DNA of 59,518 nucleotides, counting the filler, from Nitrospinae bacterium RIFCSPLOWO2_12_FULL_45_22 (GTDB taxonomy: Bacteria; 2-12-FULL-45-22), in NCBI GenBank assembly GCA_001803565.1. It is 6 parts of 6 records of this genome, joined end to end, with 100 filler letters (N's around TTAATTAATTAA, not from the genome) between each part and the next. Parts side by side here need not be neighbours in the genome. Positions count along the whole stretch, not along the records: positions 47,470 to 59,518 come from MHDQ01000091.1; 5 more parts are not named here. The stretch is one strand, 5' to 3'. Shown here piece by piece: positions 58,897-59,518 of this stretch. Under the pieces are notes generated by a model. The model ran no database searches. It was not told the DNA's origin and saw nothing but the letters and a program-made list of their open reading frames with translations. Made by a program: the position numbers and the translations under genes. How positions within the stretch are numbered: position 1 is the stretch's first letter; every line of letters begins with the position of its first letter.

Positions 58897-59518
58897 ATGG
58901 ATAAAGATTATCTGTTAACAAAGATAAAAGAGTTAGTATTTCAGGGAGAAGAGGATCAGGCCAGGGAAGAGGCCATGAAGGCCCTTGAGGGTGGCATAGA
59001 ACCCCTGGATATAATTCAGACCGCTATCGTTCCCGGGATAGAAAAAGCGGGTGAATATTGGAAAGAGGGGAGATACTTTATCCCGGATATAGTCCTTAGT
59101 GCCGAGGCTTTTAAGGCCGCTATGGGGGTAGTTGAAGGAGAGTTAAAGACCGGCAAAAGCCAGAAGCGTGGCAGGATAGTAATAGGGGTGGTAGAAGGCG
59201 ATATGCACGACCTGGGTAAAAATATTGTAGTGGCTATTTTGCAAGCAGGCCAGTTTGAAGTGATAGACCTGGGTGTCAATGTAGCGGTCAATGAATTCCT
59301 GGAGGCGATAAAAAATTATAGACCCCATATCTTAGGCCTGGGTGCTTACATGAGCACTACCATGCTCAATATGAGAGAGGTGATAGAGGCATTAACTCAT
59401 AACGGGTTGCGGGATAATCTTAAGGTGATGATCGGTGGTGTCCCCATTACTCAAGTTTATGCCGATGAGATAGGGGCTGATGCATACGGCCGGGATGCCC
59501 TCGATGCCTTAGAGAAAG
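58897..59518 (+). CDS. Methyltransferase-type corrinoid protein; runs off the window end
   Basis: MDKDYLL...YFIPDIVLSAEAF...GVVEGDMHDLGKNIV...DLGVNV...MIGGVP...IGADAY; absent from the ORF track. Confidence 0.9.
   Translation, partial: MDKDYLLTKIKELVFQGEEDQAREEAMKALEGGIEPLDIIQTAIVPGIEKAGEYWKEGRYFIPDIVLSAEAFKAAMGVVEGELKTGKSQKRGRIVIGVVEGDMHDLGKNIVVAILQAGQFEVIDLGVNVAVNEFLEAIKNYRPHILGLGAYMSTTMLNMREVIEALTHNGLRDNLKVMIGGVPITQVYADEIGADAYGRDALDALEK

Overview
This window is six assembly contigs joined by artificial 100-bp N-TTAATTAATTAA-N linkers (13634-13733, 22176-22275, 31169-31268, 40078-40177, 47370-47469), so adjacency across linkers carries no meaning. Most contigs look like an anaerobic Gram-negative, Deltaproteobacteria-like bacterium rich in CoA-ester catabolism: a highly divergent two-subunit B12-dependent acyl-CoA mutase, three class III CoA-transferases (one a tandem fusion), four Old-Yellow-Enzyme-family reductases, a HgdB/BcrC-like subunit, an acyl-CoA dehydrogenase, hydrolases, hemB-ahbD and a corrinoid protein. 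The most interesting observations are: (1) the mutase operon, whose specificity residues match no acyl-CoA mutase I can recall; (2) an orphan NifH-like Fe protein coupled to a nitroreductase among flavin reductases, with no NifDK-like partner on its contig; (3) a decayed integron-like region whose attC site is interrupted, apparently on the top strand, by a group IIC intron with a pseudoknot-capable module in domain II; (4) a SNF2-helicase/DUF1156-methylase restriction-like defence operon with an embedded toxin-antitoxin-like pair. Also present are a cluster of IS remnants/MITEs, intergenic heptamer-repeat hairpins, and a gappy, compositionally different housekeeping contig (nnr-tsaE-udg-hit-lapA-mutS) whose mutS has one in-frame TAG. 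All calls rest on motif recognition by eye; no searches were run.
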